From NCBI GenBank assembly GCA_977017645.1, contig OZ360222.1, positions 211,296,001-211,360,000 on the forward strand: a DNA stretch of 64,000 bases. The letters run 5' to 3'. Both the position numbers and the translations under genes were made by a program. The notes beneath the pieces were generated by a model that was given only the letters and a program-made list of their open reading frames with translations, was not told the origin of the DNA and did not search any database. The DNA comes from Torpedo marmorata. Taxonomy: Eukaryota. Positions 13,021 to 26,780 of this stretch are shown piece after piece (the stretch's first letter is position 1; each line of letters opens with the position of its first letter).

Positions 13021-14613
13021 GCCTAATAGAATCCCTGAAAAGGCTGAGGACCCTGTGATATCTGTCTCTGAGGGCGACGTCAGAACATCATTCAAGAGGG
13101 TGAACCCTCGCAAGGCGACAGGCCCTGACGGCGTACCTGGCAGGGTATTGAAAATCTGCGCCAACCAACTAGCCGGAGTGTTCACGGACATTTTCAACCT
13201 CTCATTGCGGCAGTCAGAGGTTCCCACCTGCTTCAAAAGGGCATCAATCAACCCGGTACCCAAGAAGAGTAGTGTGAGCTGCCTCAACGACTACCGCCCA
13301 GTAGCACTAACTTCTACTGTGATGAAATGCTTTGAGAGGCTGGTCATGGCCAGAATTAACACATACCTAAGCAAAGATCTGGACCCACTGCAATTCGCCT
13401 ATCGCCACAATCGCTCCACAGCAGATGCAATATCGCTGGCTCTCCACTCAGCTCTGGATCACCTCGAAAACAGCAATTCATACATATGGTTGCTCTTCAT
13501 CGACTACAGCTCGGCCTTCAATACCATTATTCCCTCAGTGCTGGTCAAGAATCTACAAACTCTAGGCCTCTGTACCCCCCTCTGCAACTGGATCCTTGAC
13601 TTTCTCATCGGAAGACCACAGTCAGTACGAATTGGAAACAACGTCTCCTCCTCACTGATTATCAACACAGGCGCACCCCAAGAATGCGTGCTTAGTCCAC
13701 TGCTCTACTCGTTATACACTCATGACTGTGTGGCCAGGCACAATTCCAATGCCATATACAAGTTTGCCGATGACACCACAGTTGTCGGCAGAATCACAAA
13801 CGGCAATGAGGAAGCATACAGGAGGGAGATAGATCAGCTCGTTGAATGGTGTAATGGCAACAACCTTGAGCTCAACGTCAGCAAAACCAAGGAGATGATT
13901 ATGGACTTCCGGAGGAAGTCAGGGGAACACGACCCAGTCCTCATCGAGGGCTCATTCATGGAGAGGGTCAAGAACTTCAAATTCCTGGGTGTCAACATCT
14001 CTGAGGATCTGTCCTGGAGCATCCACGTGGATGCAATCACAAAGAAGGCTCGTCAGCGGCTATACTTTGTGAGGTGTTTGCGGAGATTCGGTATGTCACC
14101 AAAGACTCTCGTAAACTTCTACAGGTGTACCGTGGAGAGCATTCTGGCTGGTTGCATCACTGCCTGGTATGGTGGCGCCAACTCCCAGGACAAGAGTAAA
14201 CTCCAGAAGGTTGTTAACTCGGCCTGTGACATCACAGGCACCAAACTTCACTCCATCGAGGACATCTACATGAGGCGATGTCTTAAAAAAGTAGCCTCTA
14301 TCCTCAAGGACCCCCACCACCCAGGCCATGCCCTCTTCACTCTGCTTCCATCGGGAAAAAGGTACAGGAGCCTAAAGACGAGCACTCAACGGCACAAGGA
14401 CAGCTTCTTCCCCGCTGCCATCAGATTCCTGAATAATCAATGAACCAAAGACACTGCCTTACTTTTCGTGCACTATTGTTTATAATTTTTTATAGTAATG
14501 TCGTTAGATGGTTAATATGAATGTTAATTGCACTATGATGCTGCCGCAAAACACCGAATTTCATGACTTGTTCATGACAATAAATTCTGATTCTGATTCT
14601 TATTCTGATTCTG
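13021..14613 (+). mobile_element. Rex1/Babar LINE subfamily A, 5'-truncated, RT frame open to 14443
   Basis: Collinear with 50039-51618; (ATTCTG)n tail; interrupts the Gypsy protease-RT linker. Confidence 0.94.
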
Positions 14614-15791
14614 AAGTGTGGTACCACGATGGATGGGAATTTGGCGAGGATCCGCGAGAACTCGTTGCGGTCGGCGGTGACGGAATGAAGGTGGGGGGGC
14701 GGGTAACTCGGCTTTCCCCAGGGGGAAAGACTGGAAGGTTTTAGCGTGGACCAGCCTTTGCCCTTTGAGATCCACCAGCAGGCAATGTGCCCTGAGGAAA
14801 TCTGCCCCCAGGAGTGATTGTTCCACTGCAGAAAGTGTAAATGTCCAGGTGAATCGGCTGTCGCCGAAACGGAGCGGCACGGTATGCATGCTGAACGTCC
14901 TTATGGTGGTGTAGTTTGCTGCTCTCAACGATGGGCCTGGCTGCTTGTTGCGGATGTTGTGTGCCAAGGGCGGGAGGACGCTGACTTCGGCTCCAGTGTC
15001 GACCAAGAACCGCCGTCCTGACAGTGAATCCCACACGTGGAGCAGTCTGTCTCCTTGGCCAACTGCCGCAGCCATTAACGACGGCCGGCCGTGGCGTTTC
15101 CCGGAAACGCGCAGGGTTGGCGGGATCGGCGGGCCTCCGCACCCCATTGCTGATGGTGGTAACAGCACTGCTCACCCGTGGGGTCCGTTTGCCTGTCGCG
15201 TGTGGCCGGCGGCCTTGTCGCTCACTGTATGCGGGGCTTGGTGATGTGCTCCACCACGACATCGGAGTACCTCTTCGATCTCCAGAGCACGTCTGCCTGG
15301 GCTGCCACCTTCCTCGGGTCGCTGAAATCCTCGTCGGCCAGCAGCAATCGGATATCCTCCGGCAATAGCTCCAAGAATATCTGCTCGAAGAGCAGGCATG
15401 TTTATGGCCGTCGGCGAGCGCTAACATCTCGCCCATGAGGACGGATGGGGCCCTGTCCCCCAACCCGTCCATGTGCAACAATCGGGCTGTGCGCTCGCAC
15501 TTCGAGAGCCTAAACGTGCGGGTCAATAGCTCTTTTACGGCCTCATTCTTCCCTTGCTCTGGTGGGTGCCGGAGGAAATCGACGATTCTGGCCGCTGTGT
15601 CTTGATCCAGTGAGCTCACCACGTAGTAGTACCGCGTGGCATCGGAGGAGATCTGTCGGATCTGGAATTGAGCCTCGGCTTGCTCGAACCAGACCTGTGG
15701 CTGTGTTGTCCAGAAGGTCAGTAGCTTCAGGGCGACCGCGTGGATGCTTGCCTGTCAGTCATCGTTGGGTCCAAAAACGCCATTCAGTCCC

Positions 15792-15804
15792 GTCGGGGTC
15801 ACCA
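15792..15804 (-). promoter_or_regulatory. Primer-binding site for tRNA-Trp
   Basis: TGGTGACCCCGAC is complementary to the tRNA-Trp 3' end GTCGGGGTCACCA. Confidence 0.85.
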
Positions 15805-15805
15805 A

Positions 15806-16122
15806 TGTAGCGCACTGCGGCTGCGTTGAAAGGATCACACACACACACGAGGTGAGTACAAGTGAGTCTGGTTTATTAGGGCTCTGGCTCTGCCTTATAT
15901 AGGGCCAGCCGGTCCGGAGAAACCCGCCTCTTCCAGCGGAGATGACGACACCGACGGGCCGGCCACTGATTGGTCGGTTTTCCCGCCGGTGCTCGTCGTT
16001 TCCTGCCGCTCGACTGGAGCTGCTGCAAGAAAGGCCATTTAGTCCATGTGGCCCTGGCGCGATCGCCGAGTTCAACCGCCATTTTGTGCAGCGGGTCGCC
16101 GGTTGGTTCGCGGGCTGCTACA
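15806..16122 (-). repeat. Gypsy 5' LTR (317 bp) with promoter motifs
   Basis: TG...CA termini; minus strand carries AAAATGGCGG (YY1-like), CCAAT, TATATAA, AATAAA; about 21 substitutions versus the 3' LTR by eye, mostly transitions. Confidence 0.93.
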
Positions 16123-17805
16123 ATGTCCTGCATTGGGCCACAGAGTACTAACAGTTCAGTTGTAAGACTCTGAAAGGCTGCTCTTCACATGTCAGCTTGT
16201 TTCCTGCTTCCTTACCTGCACAGAAGTCAGGTACACACTGAATGTCAGAAACTCGGGCCATAATTTCCAACTATGAGGATTCCAATGGATCGAACATGGT
16301 CATTACATTCCTCAATTTCACTTTATTAAGGATTGATATTTAACTTTTAGTTTCAACAAGAAGTAATGGACAATATTTTAACATTCTTTGTGTGACATTG
16401 TTCCACCAACATGACAGTGGCTGTTAGCATGCAAGACAAATTTTAATTGAAATTAATCTGGAACATCAACACCAAATGAGAAATACACATATTTTCAGAT
16501 ACTATTGATTATATTTTACATGTTTTGGGTTATTATTAAGTTAAAGTGCTGATTGAAATTGGTCCGTTTCAATTTATGGATTAACCTTTTAATCATTAAT
16601 TTATAATTTGTAGCTTTATTCCTTGTTTTTATTGTGATACAATTACTCAATTTATTTACCAGTCCAAATTATAACCTTGCATTGATCTTGCTATTTGATT
16701 CCACAATACAATCTATCGTATATTTCATTGTTGTTGCATAAATCATACAGTTAATTGTGATATGATCAATTTGATTATAGATCTTAAAACAATGTCAGAG
16801 TTAACATTGACTAAATTTTATAATAAAGGAAAATGCCATACATAAATACAAAAGGAGTTTTAAATTTTTCAGGACAAATTGACAGCAATAAAGGACATTC
16901 AATTAAAAAAGGGACAAACCTTCTTTCATTCCATCATAGCTTGATATTTCAATTAAAGACATTGTTGCTTGTTTGAATTAAAAACTGCCAAAGTTTAGTG
17001 TATGGATGTCTACAATTCATTCCCAGTTGGGACGCTCTCCTGGTAAATAATAGCAGCTGCATATCTTATCCAGCACAACTCAGAAGCAGAGTATATCGTA
17101 CATCCATTACTAGTATGTTTAGCACCAAAGGTGAGGAATGAATTTCTAGGCACAAATTCTGTTGCAATATTTTAAGCAGATGTGTCTAACCGCCCCTGTT
17201 TAACAGGACTGGGTGGTTGTAGAGTGCAGACAGTGACTGGGTCGCAGTTTCTGAAATTGACCACAAGTGTTGTACCCCAGTGTTCACTGAGAGAATCAAG
17301 AATCTGTGAATGTATGAGATGCATGAACAGAGAGGCAGAGAGACACAATGTTGGTTTTAGTATTTGGTTTCTTCTCTGACTCCAACTCTGGCTTACCATA
17401 TTCACAAAACTGCCATAAGCTCAATACCCCAAGTCTAAAATTCTACCTTTACTCTTTAGAAGTTAAAGATTTTTGATTCAAGTGAAAACACCCAGCTTGT
17501 AAAAACGTCATGACAGTTTGCACTTTGCTTTGAACAGAGAGGTGCAAAGTTCATTGTTAAACAAAGGGGAAGCTTCAATTTAGGATCAGCAAGTTTTTAT
17601 CTTAAAAATAAATTCACTCAGCCACAAAAATATTGCAGTCATGAAGAGCGCTTGGTCCATCATACGCCACATTGAATCACTGACAAGACAGGCTCTGGAT
17701 TTCCTGATTATGTGCAAATTTCAGCTTGGAACATGAAGCGGTAGAGAGGATAGGAAGTGCATCCTACTGTCAGCTGGTACTTAAGATTACTCTGATTACT
17801 CAATT

Positions 17806-18340
17806 AAAGAACATGAAAATAGAAGCAGGAGTAGGCCATTCGGCCCATCAAAGCTGCCATCATTCAATCTGATCATGGTTGATCTACTGCAGATCTCAAC
17901 TTCTCCTCTGTACCAGACTCCCATTGCCTCAATCACCCTATTACTTCAAAAATCTATCCTCCTCCACTTTAAGTACTTCTAATGAATCAGCCCCACCACT
18001 CTCAGGGGAAGTGAATTCACTACCTTGTGTGAGAAGAAATTCCAATAAACCTCAGTTTTAAATCACCAGCCCTTTATCCTGAAACTACATCCCCCAATTT
18101 AAGAGTCTCCCAATCATGAAAGTATCTCAACATCCACCCGGTCATGTCCCATTGGATTCTGTTTCAATAAGGTCAACACTAATTCATGTAAACAAATAAT
18201 AGGCACCCTCTCTTGATAGGACAATCCTTTCAACCCAGCAACTAGCCTAGCCAACTTTTTTTGGACTGTCTTCAGTGCTACCATATCCTTTCTTAGGTAA
18301 GGTGACCAAAATTGTGCATCGTCCTCCAGGTGTAGCCACA
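17806..18340 (-). mobile_element. CR1-type LINE 3' fragment
   Basis: QFWSPYLRKD..VQKK..GLKGLSYQER and a typical CR1 3' UTR. Confidence 0.75.
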
Positions 18341-18909
18341 TTAAGATATGTCACCATTGAATAAAGATTTTTTTGGCATTTACTGGAACTCCGTCGGGAC
18401 TTGAGCAGAACTAGTGGTAATTGTACAACAGTGAACATTAGGAAGCTGGGAAAGACTACAGTCATTCAGTTCCTCAAAAAAAACTTTCATAGAACTTTCA
18501 GGAAAACCCTAACAGTATGAATTTATCATCTGCAAGGAAAGGGGAGTTTTGTCCCTAACGTTCGGTAGTTATACTTTCCTGTGCACTTGTTGGTCAAATT
18601 GCATCTTTGAGCCCAATCCAGGTTATTGAAGTTGATGCTCATTAAAGGGTACTTTCAAAGTGAAATAGAAGACACTGATGGTCACATTTTGCATGCCGAC
18701 TTCATGAAAGCTCTCATACAGATCAGGGGGCTAAAGGACATTCCAGAATGGAATTTAAGAAGGTTGAGGGATTAATTTTCCCCATCACTGTGTCTGAACA
18801 AGCATACAAGGATGGCTGTCTGTCCAAATCTCGAAGTTTTGGTGAGCTTGATTATATTAGATTGTATTTTCTGTTGATGGAAACAACAGGAAAAGCATCT
18901 GTTGGCCTT

Positions 18910-21448
18910 TTTTTTTTTTTTTTTTTTTTTATAAATTTTTATTTAATTTTTAAAATCACAAAATACATAGTCAAAAATAATATATTATTCAAAATACATG
19001 TGATATTTTTACCATCCCCCCTTCCCTCCCTCCCCTCCCCAGCCCTCCCACACTATTCTAATAAAGAGAAAAAAAAAAGAATATATAGAAATGTTAGTTA
19101 AAAGGAAAGAAATAGAATAAGAAATAAAGTTAAGAGAGTTAGTATGAGGAGAAAACTATTTCAGACTAACTCTATTTGTATATGGAGGATACTTTTGTCA
19201 GCGGTACTAACTTTTAGAGAATTAATTCATACCCATAATTCTCATATATGGGCTCCAAATTTTCAAAAAGAAATGATATTTGTCTCGTAAATTATACGTA
19301 ATTTTTTCCAGTGGTATACAAGAACGTAACTCTGCATGTAATCTATCTAAATTCAAATCTAAATCTGATTTCCAAGTAATAGCAATACATTTTTTTGAAA
19401 TAGCTAACACAATTCGTAAAAATTCTATTTGGTACATATTTAATCTATTTCTAATACTAATTTTTTTTATATCTCCAAATAAAAATATCATAGGATCCAT
19501 TGGAATCATAATATTAAAAATTCTATCTAAAAAATCTTTGACTTTAGACCAAAAATTTTTAATTTTCAAACATGACCATGTACAATGTACAAAAGAACCT
19601 ATTTCATCTTTACATCTAAAACACATATCTGACAATGCCGGATTGAATTTCTTTAATTTTTTGGGTGTTATATATAATTGATGAAAAAAATTATACTGTA
19701 CTAATCTATATCTAACATTAATAATCTTAGTCATACTCAATTTACACAATTCTTTCCAGTGTTGTTCATCTATATTAGTATTTAGATCTGATTCCCAATT
19801 TAATCTAGATTTATGCAATCCTACTTTAGGTATCTTTTTCTGAAATAATTTATACATTTGCGATATAAATTTATTAACATTTCCATTAGTAATTAGTAAC
19901 TCTAACCCATCCTGTCTAGGAGATATTAATTGATTCCCTAATTTCTCAACTAAAAATCCTTTAACTTGATAATAAGCCAAAATTGTATTATCCATTATTC
20001 CAAATTTTTCTTTCAATCTGGAAAAAGTAACAAATCTTCCTGCCTCAAAACAATCTTTAATCTTCTTAATTCCTTTTTGATACCATAATTTTAAAAATTG
20101 ATTATCCATAGAAAATGGTAATAATAAATTCTGATATAATGGCATATTTAAAGAGATTGATCCTTTTCGCCCTATTTCATTATCTAATTGATTCCAAATC
20201 TCTAATAAATGTCTAATAATCGGTGACTTTTTCTTTTTAATCAATAATAATTTAGAATTCCATTTATAAATAATATCTTCCTTATTTCTTTCTCCTATAT
20301 TACTTAATTCTATATTAATCCATGCCGTGTTTTTAGTTAAATCAAATAATTCATTTATAAATTTTAATTGTGCTGCCTTATAATAATATTGAAAATTAGG
20401 AAGTTGTAATCCACCCATTTCATATTCCCAAGTTAATTTATCCATACTTACTCTTGCCAGTTTTCCTTTCCATAAAAACTTTCTAATAATACTTTTTAAA
20501 TCTTTAAAAAAATTTTGGGGAATACCAAAAGGTATAGATTGAAAAAGATATTGAACTCTTGGAAAAATATTCATTTTAATACAGTTCACTCTTCCTATTA
20601 AAGTTATAGGTAAATCTTTCCAATTATCCAAATCCTTCTTTATTTTCTGAAATAAAGGTATGTAATTTAATTTATATAAATTTTCTAACTTTGTATCCAC
20701 TTTAACTCCTAAATATTTAATAGCTTCTTTAGCCCATTTAAATTTTGTAACTTCTTTACATTTAGTATAATCTCCTTGAGATAAAGCCATTATCTCACTT
20801 TTATCCGAATTTATTTTATATCCAGATATTTCACCATAATCCCTCAATATTTTATCTAATTGTTGAAGTGATTCAATAGACTTTGTCATATATATTAATA
20901 CATCATCTGCAAACAAACTAATTTTATGCTCTTCTGCACCTACTTTTATCCCTTTTATATTCATATCTTTCCTGATCAATTCCGCCAACGGTTCTATTGC
21001 CAATACAAATAAGGCAGGTGACAATGGACATCCTTGTCTTGTTGACCGTGTCAAAGAAAATTTAGATGATATTTGACCATTTGTAATTACTTTAGCTGTA
21101 GGTTCCTTATATATAGTTTTAATCCAATTTATAAACGTATTTCCAAATCCATATTTCTCTAAAACCTTAAATAAAAACTTCCACTCTAACCTATCAAATG
21201 CTTTTTCTGCATCTAATGCTATCACTAACGGTAAATCCTGTTTCTTCTTTTGTAAATTAATCAAACTTATTAATCTTGCTATATTATCCTTTGAATATCT
21301 ATTTTTAATAAATCCTGCTTGATCTGGATGTATTAAAAATGGTAAAAACTTAGCTAGTCTATTTGTCAAGATTTTCGCCATTAATTTATAATCTACATTT
21401 AACAATGATATAGGTCTATACGATTCAGTTTTCAATACATCTCTATCC
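18910..21448 (-). mobile_element. L1-clade LINE, 5'-truncated, young, 16-bp TSD
   Basis: TSD AGCATCTGTTGGCCTT at 18894-18909 and 21449-21464; poly(T) to 18930; uninterrupted RT and C-terminal frame 19222-21448 (YRPISL, QGCPLSP, FADD, CFRC..H..C). Confidence 0.96.
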
Positions 21449-21499
21449 AGCATCTGTTGGCCTTGAAGGATTTCGAAAGCTGCTGTAAAATGACTGAAG

Positions 21500-21730
21500 T
21501 GAAACAAGAAAGTCTGCAGACGCTTCATGTCCACCTATGGCCTCATGGCTTTGGCCTGTGCTCCTCCCCCTGACCTTCTTCCCACCTCCCCCTCCCTTTT
21601 TATACAGGCACCTGCCTGCTTTTTGCTCATACCTTGATGAAGGGCTCAGGTCCAAAACGTTAGTAATATACCTTTGCCTCCTATGGATGCTGCGGGACCT
21701 GCTGATTTTCTCCAGCTTTTTTGTATTCTT
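21500..21730 (+). mobile_element. Penelope-like pseudo-LTR with short inverted 5' piece and degenerate hammerhead motif
   Basis: TTGATGAAGGGCTCAGGTCCAAAACGT at 21634-21660; CTGCTGATTTTCTCCAGC end; 21500-21523 resembles the reverse complement of the tail at 28112-28137. Confidence 0.75.
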
Positions 21731-22399
21731 ACGTTTTTTGGAAAATGACTGAGAATCTTCAAGAGATAATCTCAAACTCTCCCTGAACTTTTGAAGTTCT
21801 ACTTTATTGTTATGGTGTGCAACCTTGGAATTTAGATGTGAACCGATATAACAACTAAAAGGATTTTTCTTAAATGCTGTGAAATTTCGCATTTAGCCTT
21901 CCCCCCCAGAATCGGAGAAAAAATCATATTTATGCTTCACATATTACAAGATCATTTCTGCTGGTCGTCTCGTTGTTCAAACACTGATATAGTATCACCA
22001 GTGGACACTGCAGATTGGAATATAATTGCAACCAGAATCAATAGTTGTTTTTGGCTAGTTTTCAGTTAATGAGGCTAATTAAGAACATCAATGGGTTAGA
22101 AGTGCAGCATTCTCCTGAATTTTAATTACAACTTCAGCCATTGGCTGAACTCACTGTGAAATGAAAATCAAATCATGCAACTGGCCACTGCTGGAGAGTG
22201 TTTAGAGTGAGCAACATTGTCACCTGCTGCAAAATAAGTTTGCTGTCTTCATTATTAACGTAAAATATAAAATTATAGCATAACATAAAAGAGCACTATT
22301 GCCATCCCAAACATGACAATTAAAGCTGTAAAGAAATTGAAACACGTTAATTGCAACACAATTGTGCTTTTAATTGCACACATTTCAAGACAATGTGGT

Positions 22400-22890
22400 A
22401 TAGGCAACATGTAAGTGTGGGGGAGGAGAGGTGATGGAGCTGGGAAGGAGCAAGTAAGGGAAAAGTATGGTGAGAGAATGGGAGTGGGGGAAGAGACGAC
22501 TATAGTAGACAAGGAGAGAGAGAGGGAAAATGGGGAAAGGAAGAGATGGGGGAATGAAAAGAGGAAAGGGAGTGAGGATGAGAGAAAGATTGGGAATGGA
22601 GGAGAGACTGGGAATGAAGGAGAAAGGAGGATGGGGAGAGGAAGGTGAGAAAATAATGGTAAAACAGAGTGGTGAGCCAAGATATTGCCCGAATCGTGAG
22701 GTTGGACCTGTACATCTCCTCCTCCCTTCATAAATCTCTCTCTCTCTCCCACTCACACTTTCCCTTTATCCCCATTTCCCATTCTCTTTTTCTGCCTCTC
22801 CTGCCTTGTATTTCTCTCCCATACTCTCCCACCTACTTTACCATCGCACACACACACACGCGCACGCGCACACGCACACACACACATATA
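22400..22890. repeat. Low-complexity purine tract, pyrimidine tract and (CA/CG)n microsatellite
   Basis: GA-rich 22400-22660, CT-rich 22715-22845, CACA/CGCA run 22847-22886. Confidence 0.75.
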
Positions 22891-23699
22891 TTTCCCCACC
22901 CCCCAACAAACATATCCCCATTGGAAGGATGGGAAGGGTACCAGTGATTTGGAGTAGAGATGTGGCAGAGAAAGTTGCTGTTGGTGAGGAGAGTAGAATA
23001 CACTGGAATTAATAAAACGTATGGTTAATCTTATGGACTATTTTCTCTGTGTGCACATACTCATTGTTCCCAGGATGAGGCCTTACACTCCAGGACATCC
23101 GATATGCACTCTTTCTTTAATAAATGTGGATTTCCCCTTACAGTCTTGGGTAAACTCTTACCCATATCTCCTCTATTTTTCATGTTTCTGCACGTATCCC
23201 ACCTCCCTTGAAATAGAACATAGAAATCTACAGCACAGTATAGGCCCTTTGTCCCAAGCGTTGTGCCTACTCCACCAACTGCCTAGAATTTCCCTACTGC
23301 GTCACCCTCCATTTTTCTCAGTTCCTACACCTAAACCTTTTTTCCTCTCTCTAACTCCCCCTCCCCGCCACACCCACCTTTCAGGTGGTCTCTCCTACCT
23401 TTCTCTCCAGCTCTCCCACCTATTCTCTACCCTATCACCTCTCTGAGCCCCTTCCGCAGCTTCTTTCCCCTTTTGTACATGATTGTGCAGAAATACTAAC
23501 TAGGAATTGAATAACTAACAAAAAGATCATGCTTCCTCTTCTGTGGTGAAATATCTTTTCTTGGAATTGAAGTCATCGAGTCACGGAGAAGTAGGACATG
23601 GAGAAGGGCCTTTCAGCACAACTTGTCCATATCTACCAAGTTGCCCATCTAAGCAAGCCCCATTAATGTAGGTGAAATTAGCACTCTTCCTACAGATTT

Positions 23700-24450
23700 C
23701 AGGCAGATAAAAATACTGAGTAATCAGGCAAATAATCTCGTGGGCAGTCTTGAGGATAGGAACAGAAGCAAAAACAAAACAATGAAAGCCAGATGTGCAG
23801 CAGACGTGGACGACAAGGTGAATCTACAAAATTGAGCTGCGTACTGATAAAATCACGGATTATTGGGCAAAGACATGCAAATCAGAAGTGAGAACATGCA
23901 GCAAAATGGAGGAGCAAGAGTAGGAAAAGTAAGTCAATAGAACAGACATCTCACAAAAGATGACAGAACATTTGAGGATATATCAGAAGAATACTTGTTT
24001 GGAGGAACTAGATTTGGCAGATATCAAGAAGAAAAGTCCACACAGATGCCCAGATCCAAAACTAAAACTAGATTCAGGAGGCAAAGTAACGTTACACTGC
24101 TCCATTTATGCCTAAGTATCTTTCCTGAAAACCTGAAAGAGGACAGATAAACAAACAAAGTAACAAACAATGCTTCATTCACAGCACATGAAGAAGGAAA
24201 AATTTCACAACTTGGAATAATTCAATTTAGAGACACATGCAAAGGGAAAGAATATTATCTGATGTTCTATACCACTAAAATGGAAAGATTCCTGAGTTTG
24301 AGAGGTTGTGAAGCATTGTAAGTTATGAGATGGGAGGAGACAACAATGTAAATTGAAATTCTCATGCCAATTGAGAAGTTTCCTCCAAGTAAAACAGACC
24401 TAAGCCGAGAATACTCATTAGCAAAGGTTAATGTTGAACCCATTACAGAC
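23700..24450 (+). pseudogene. Possible ancient Gypsy gag-protease remnant
   Basis: A-rich decayed coding sequence with YWAKTCKS (knuckle-like) and KLKLDSGG (aspartyl-protease-like); many stops. Confidence 0.4.
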
Positions 24451-24454
24451 TGTG

Positions 24455-26150
24455 AAAGTCAAGTCAAGTTTATTGTCATCTGATTATAAAAGTACAACCC
24501 GATGAAACAGCGTTCTCCTGTCCTCGGTGCAAAATATGCAGACATACAACCAGACATAACACACATACAGACAAACAATACATATGCAGGACAAGTATTC
24601 ATCTATACAAATAAATAAACAAATATTGTTTCATGAATATGAGAGTCTCGGATGGTTAGTGTGAGCAGTTCCTTTGGTCATTCAGCGTTCTCACTGCTCG
24701 TGTGAAGAAGCTGTTCCTCACCCTGGTGGTGCTGGCTCTGATACTTCTGTATCTCTTCCTCGACAGGAGCCACTGCAAAATGCTGTGTGCAGGGTGGAAG
24801 GGGTCCTCAATGATTTTGTGCACCCTCTTCAGACAACGATCCTGGTAGATCAATGGGGGAGGGGGAGTGGGGGGGAGTGAGACTCCAGTGATGGGGGGAA
24901 GTGAGACTCCAGTGATCCTCCCTCCCACTCTTATGGTCCTGTGGATTGACCTCTGATTCATTTCTCTGCAGCAAACGTACCACACTGTGATGCAGCTGAC
25001 CAGGACGCTCTCGATAGAGCTCCTGTAGAAGGTTGACATTATGGTGGCCGGTAGCCTTGCCCGCTTCAGTCTTCTCAGGAAGTGCAGTCACTGATGCACC
25101 TTCCTGACAAGTGAGGAGATGTTGTGTGTCCACGATAGGTCACTGGTTAAGTGAACTCCAAGGAACTTGGAGCTCTCCACTCTCTCTACTACAGAGTTGT
25201 TGATGTGTAGTGGAGGATGGTCGTTCCTGATCCTCCTGAAGTTCACAATCATATCATTCATCTTGTCCACGTTGAGACTCAGATTGTTACTATTGCAAGA
25301 TTTTCCATCTCTTCTCTGTAGTGCGACTCATCGTTGTTGCTGATGAGGCCAACTACTGTTGTGTCATCTACAAACCTGATGACACTGTTGGAGCTGGATC
25401 TGACATTGTTGTCATGGGTCAGTAACTTGAACAGGAGAGGGCTGAGCACACAGCCCTGAGGTGCTCCAGTGCTCAGCGTGACGGTGCTCGGCGTTCTGCT
25501 ACCGACCCGGACAGACTGTCGTCTTTCCATTAGGAAGTACAAAATTCAGTTACAGAGAGGGGTGTTGAGTCCCCGCAAGGACAGCTTCTCCACCAGCCTC
25601 TGGGGAATGATCGTATTAAAGGCCAAACTGAAGTCAATGAATAGCAGCCTAGCGTATGAGGCATCGTACTCCAGGTGGGTCAGGACGGAGTGAAGGGACA
25701 AGGCTATATCATTGTCTATGGAACAGTTTCTTCTATAGGCGAATTGAAATGGGTCCAACATCTCTGGCAGGTGTGCTTTGATGCGTTCCATCACCAGATG
25801 CTTGAAGCTTTTCATAATGGTGGAGGTCAGTGGTAGTCATTGAGGCCTGTTATTGTCGCCCTCTGTGGGAACGATGGACTGCTACAGTGAGGTGTTGAAG
25901 ATGACCTTGACGACCTCCTTCAATTGGTCTGCACAGTCCTTCAGTACCCGACCAGGTATGTTATCCAGTCCCTCCGCCTTGTGTGGGTTCACCTTAGATA
26001 GGGTTCTCCTCAGCTTGGCCGTGGCTATGCAGGGGGCCTTGTGTCGCCGGTTTCACACAGCTGTCTGTGGATATTTTGTGTGTACCCCCGCTTTGCCTTC
26101 CGGATTGCACAGGAGAGTTCAGACCTGGTTGATCTTAGTGCCAACCTATC
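24455..26150 (-). mobile_element. Rex1/Babar LINE subfamily C, 5'-truncated and decayed
   Basis: [30 protein letters not shown]; AATAAA(CTTGA)n tail. Confidence 0.9.
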
Positions 26151-26780
26151 CGCTGCCTGAGCCCTGCTGCCTGAACCCCGCTGCCTGACAGCCCCCCGCT
26201 CCGCTGCCTGAGATCCGCTGCCTGAACCCCGCTGCCTGACAGCCCCCCGCTCCGCTGCCTGACAGCCCCGCCACTCCGCTCCCTTCCTCCTCCATTCCCC
26301 TCCCTCCCCACCCCCTCCCTCTCCCTTCCATTCCCCCTTCCTCTTGCCCCATCTCCCCACTATCAGCCCCACACTGATCCCACCGCCCCGCTCCATCCCG
26401 ACAGCCCCGTCACCCCGGCATGAGGGAGCCCTGTCGCCCCGGCGTGAGGGAACAGGGCGGGGGAGCGGGCGGCATGATGGAGCAGGCGGCATGAGGGAGC
26501 AGGGCGGGGTGAGGGAGCGGGCGACGTGAGGGAACGGGCGGCGTGAGGGAGCAGAGCAGGCTGCGTGAGGGAGTGGGCGGCATGAGGGAGCGGGCGGTGT
26601 GAGGGAGCAGGGCGGAGGAGCGGGCGGCTTGAGGGAGCAGGGCGGGGGAGTGGTCGGCGTGAGGGAGCGGGAGGTGTGAGGGAGCGGGCGGTGTGAGGGA
26701 GTGGGCGGTGTGAGGGAGCGGGCGGTGTGAGGGAGCGGGCGGCGTGAGGGAGCGGGCAGTGTGAGGGAGCGTGAGGGAAC
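26150..26780. repeat. GC-rich minisatellites
   Basis: CCGCTGCCTGA units at 26150-26270; ~18-bp GTGAGGGAGCGGGCGG(T/C) units at ~26440-26780. Confidence 0.85.

Larger units (their letters stand above)
9499..16122 (-). mobile_element. Ty3/Gypsy LTR retrotransposon with both LTRs, 4-bp TSD, two nested Rex1 LINEs and a deleted integrase core
   Basis: TSD ATGT at 9495-9498 and 16123-16126; gag (WFEQAEAQF), protease FLVDTGAEVS, RT (SPWASP, FSKVDLIRGYHQ, YLDD), RNase H (TDAS, YSAFDRELL, TDHKPL). Confidence 0.96.

Noticed and set aside
12842-14443. 533-aa ORF as a novel RT fusion
   Set aside because: The first ~60 aa are antisense Gypsy RT read into a 5'-truncated Rex1; a junction artefact.
16123-18890. 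Host exons or conserved enhancers in unique-looking DNA (also 21750-22380 and 34400-36380)
   Set aside because: No recognisable protein similarity or convincing splice-bounded ORF; conservation cannot be judged without alignments.
22273-23012. Hydrophobic or charged ORFs
   Set aside because: Translations of low-complexity GA, CT and CA tracts.
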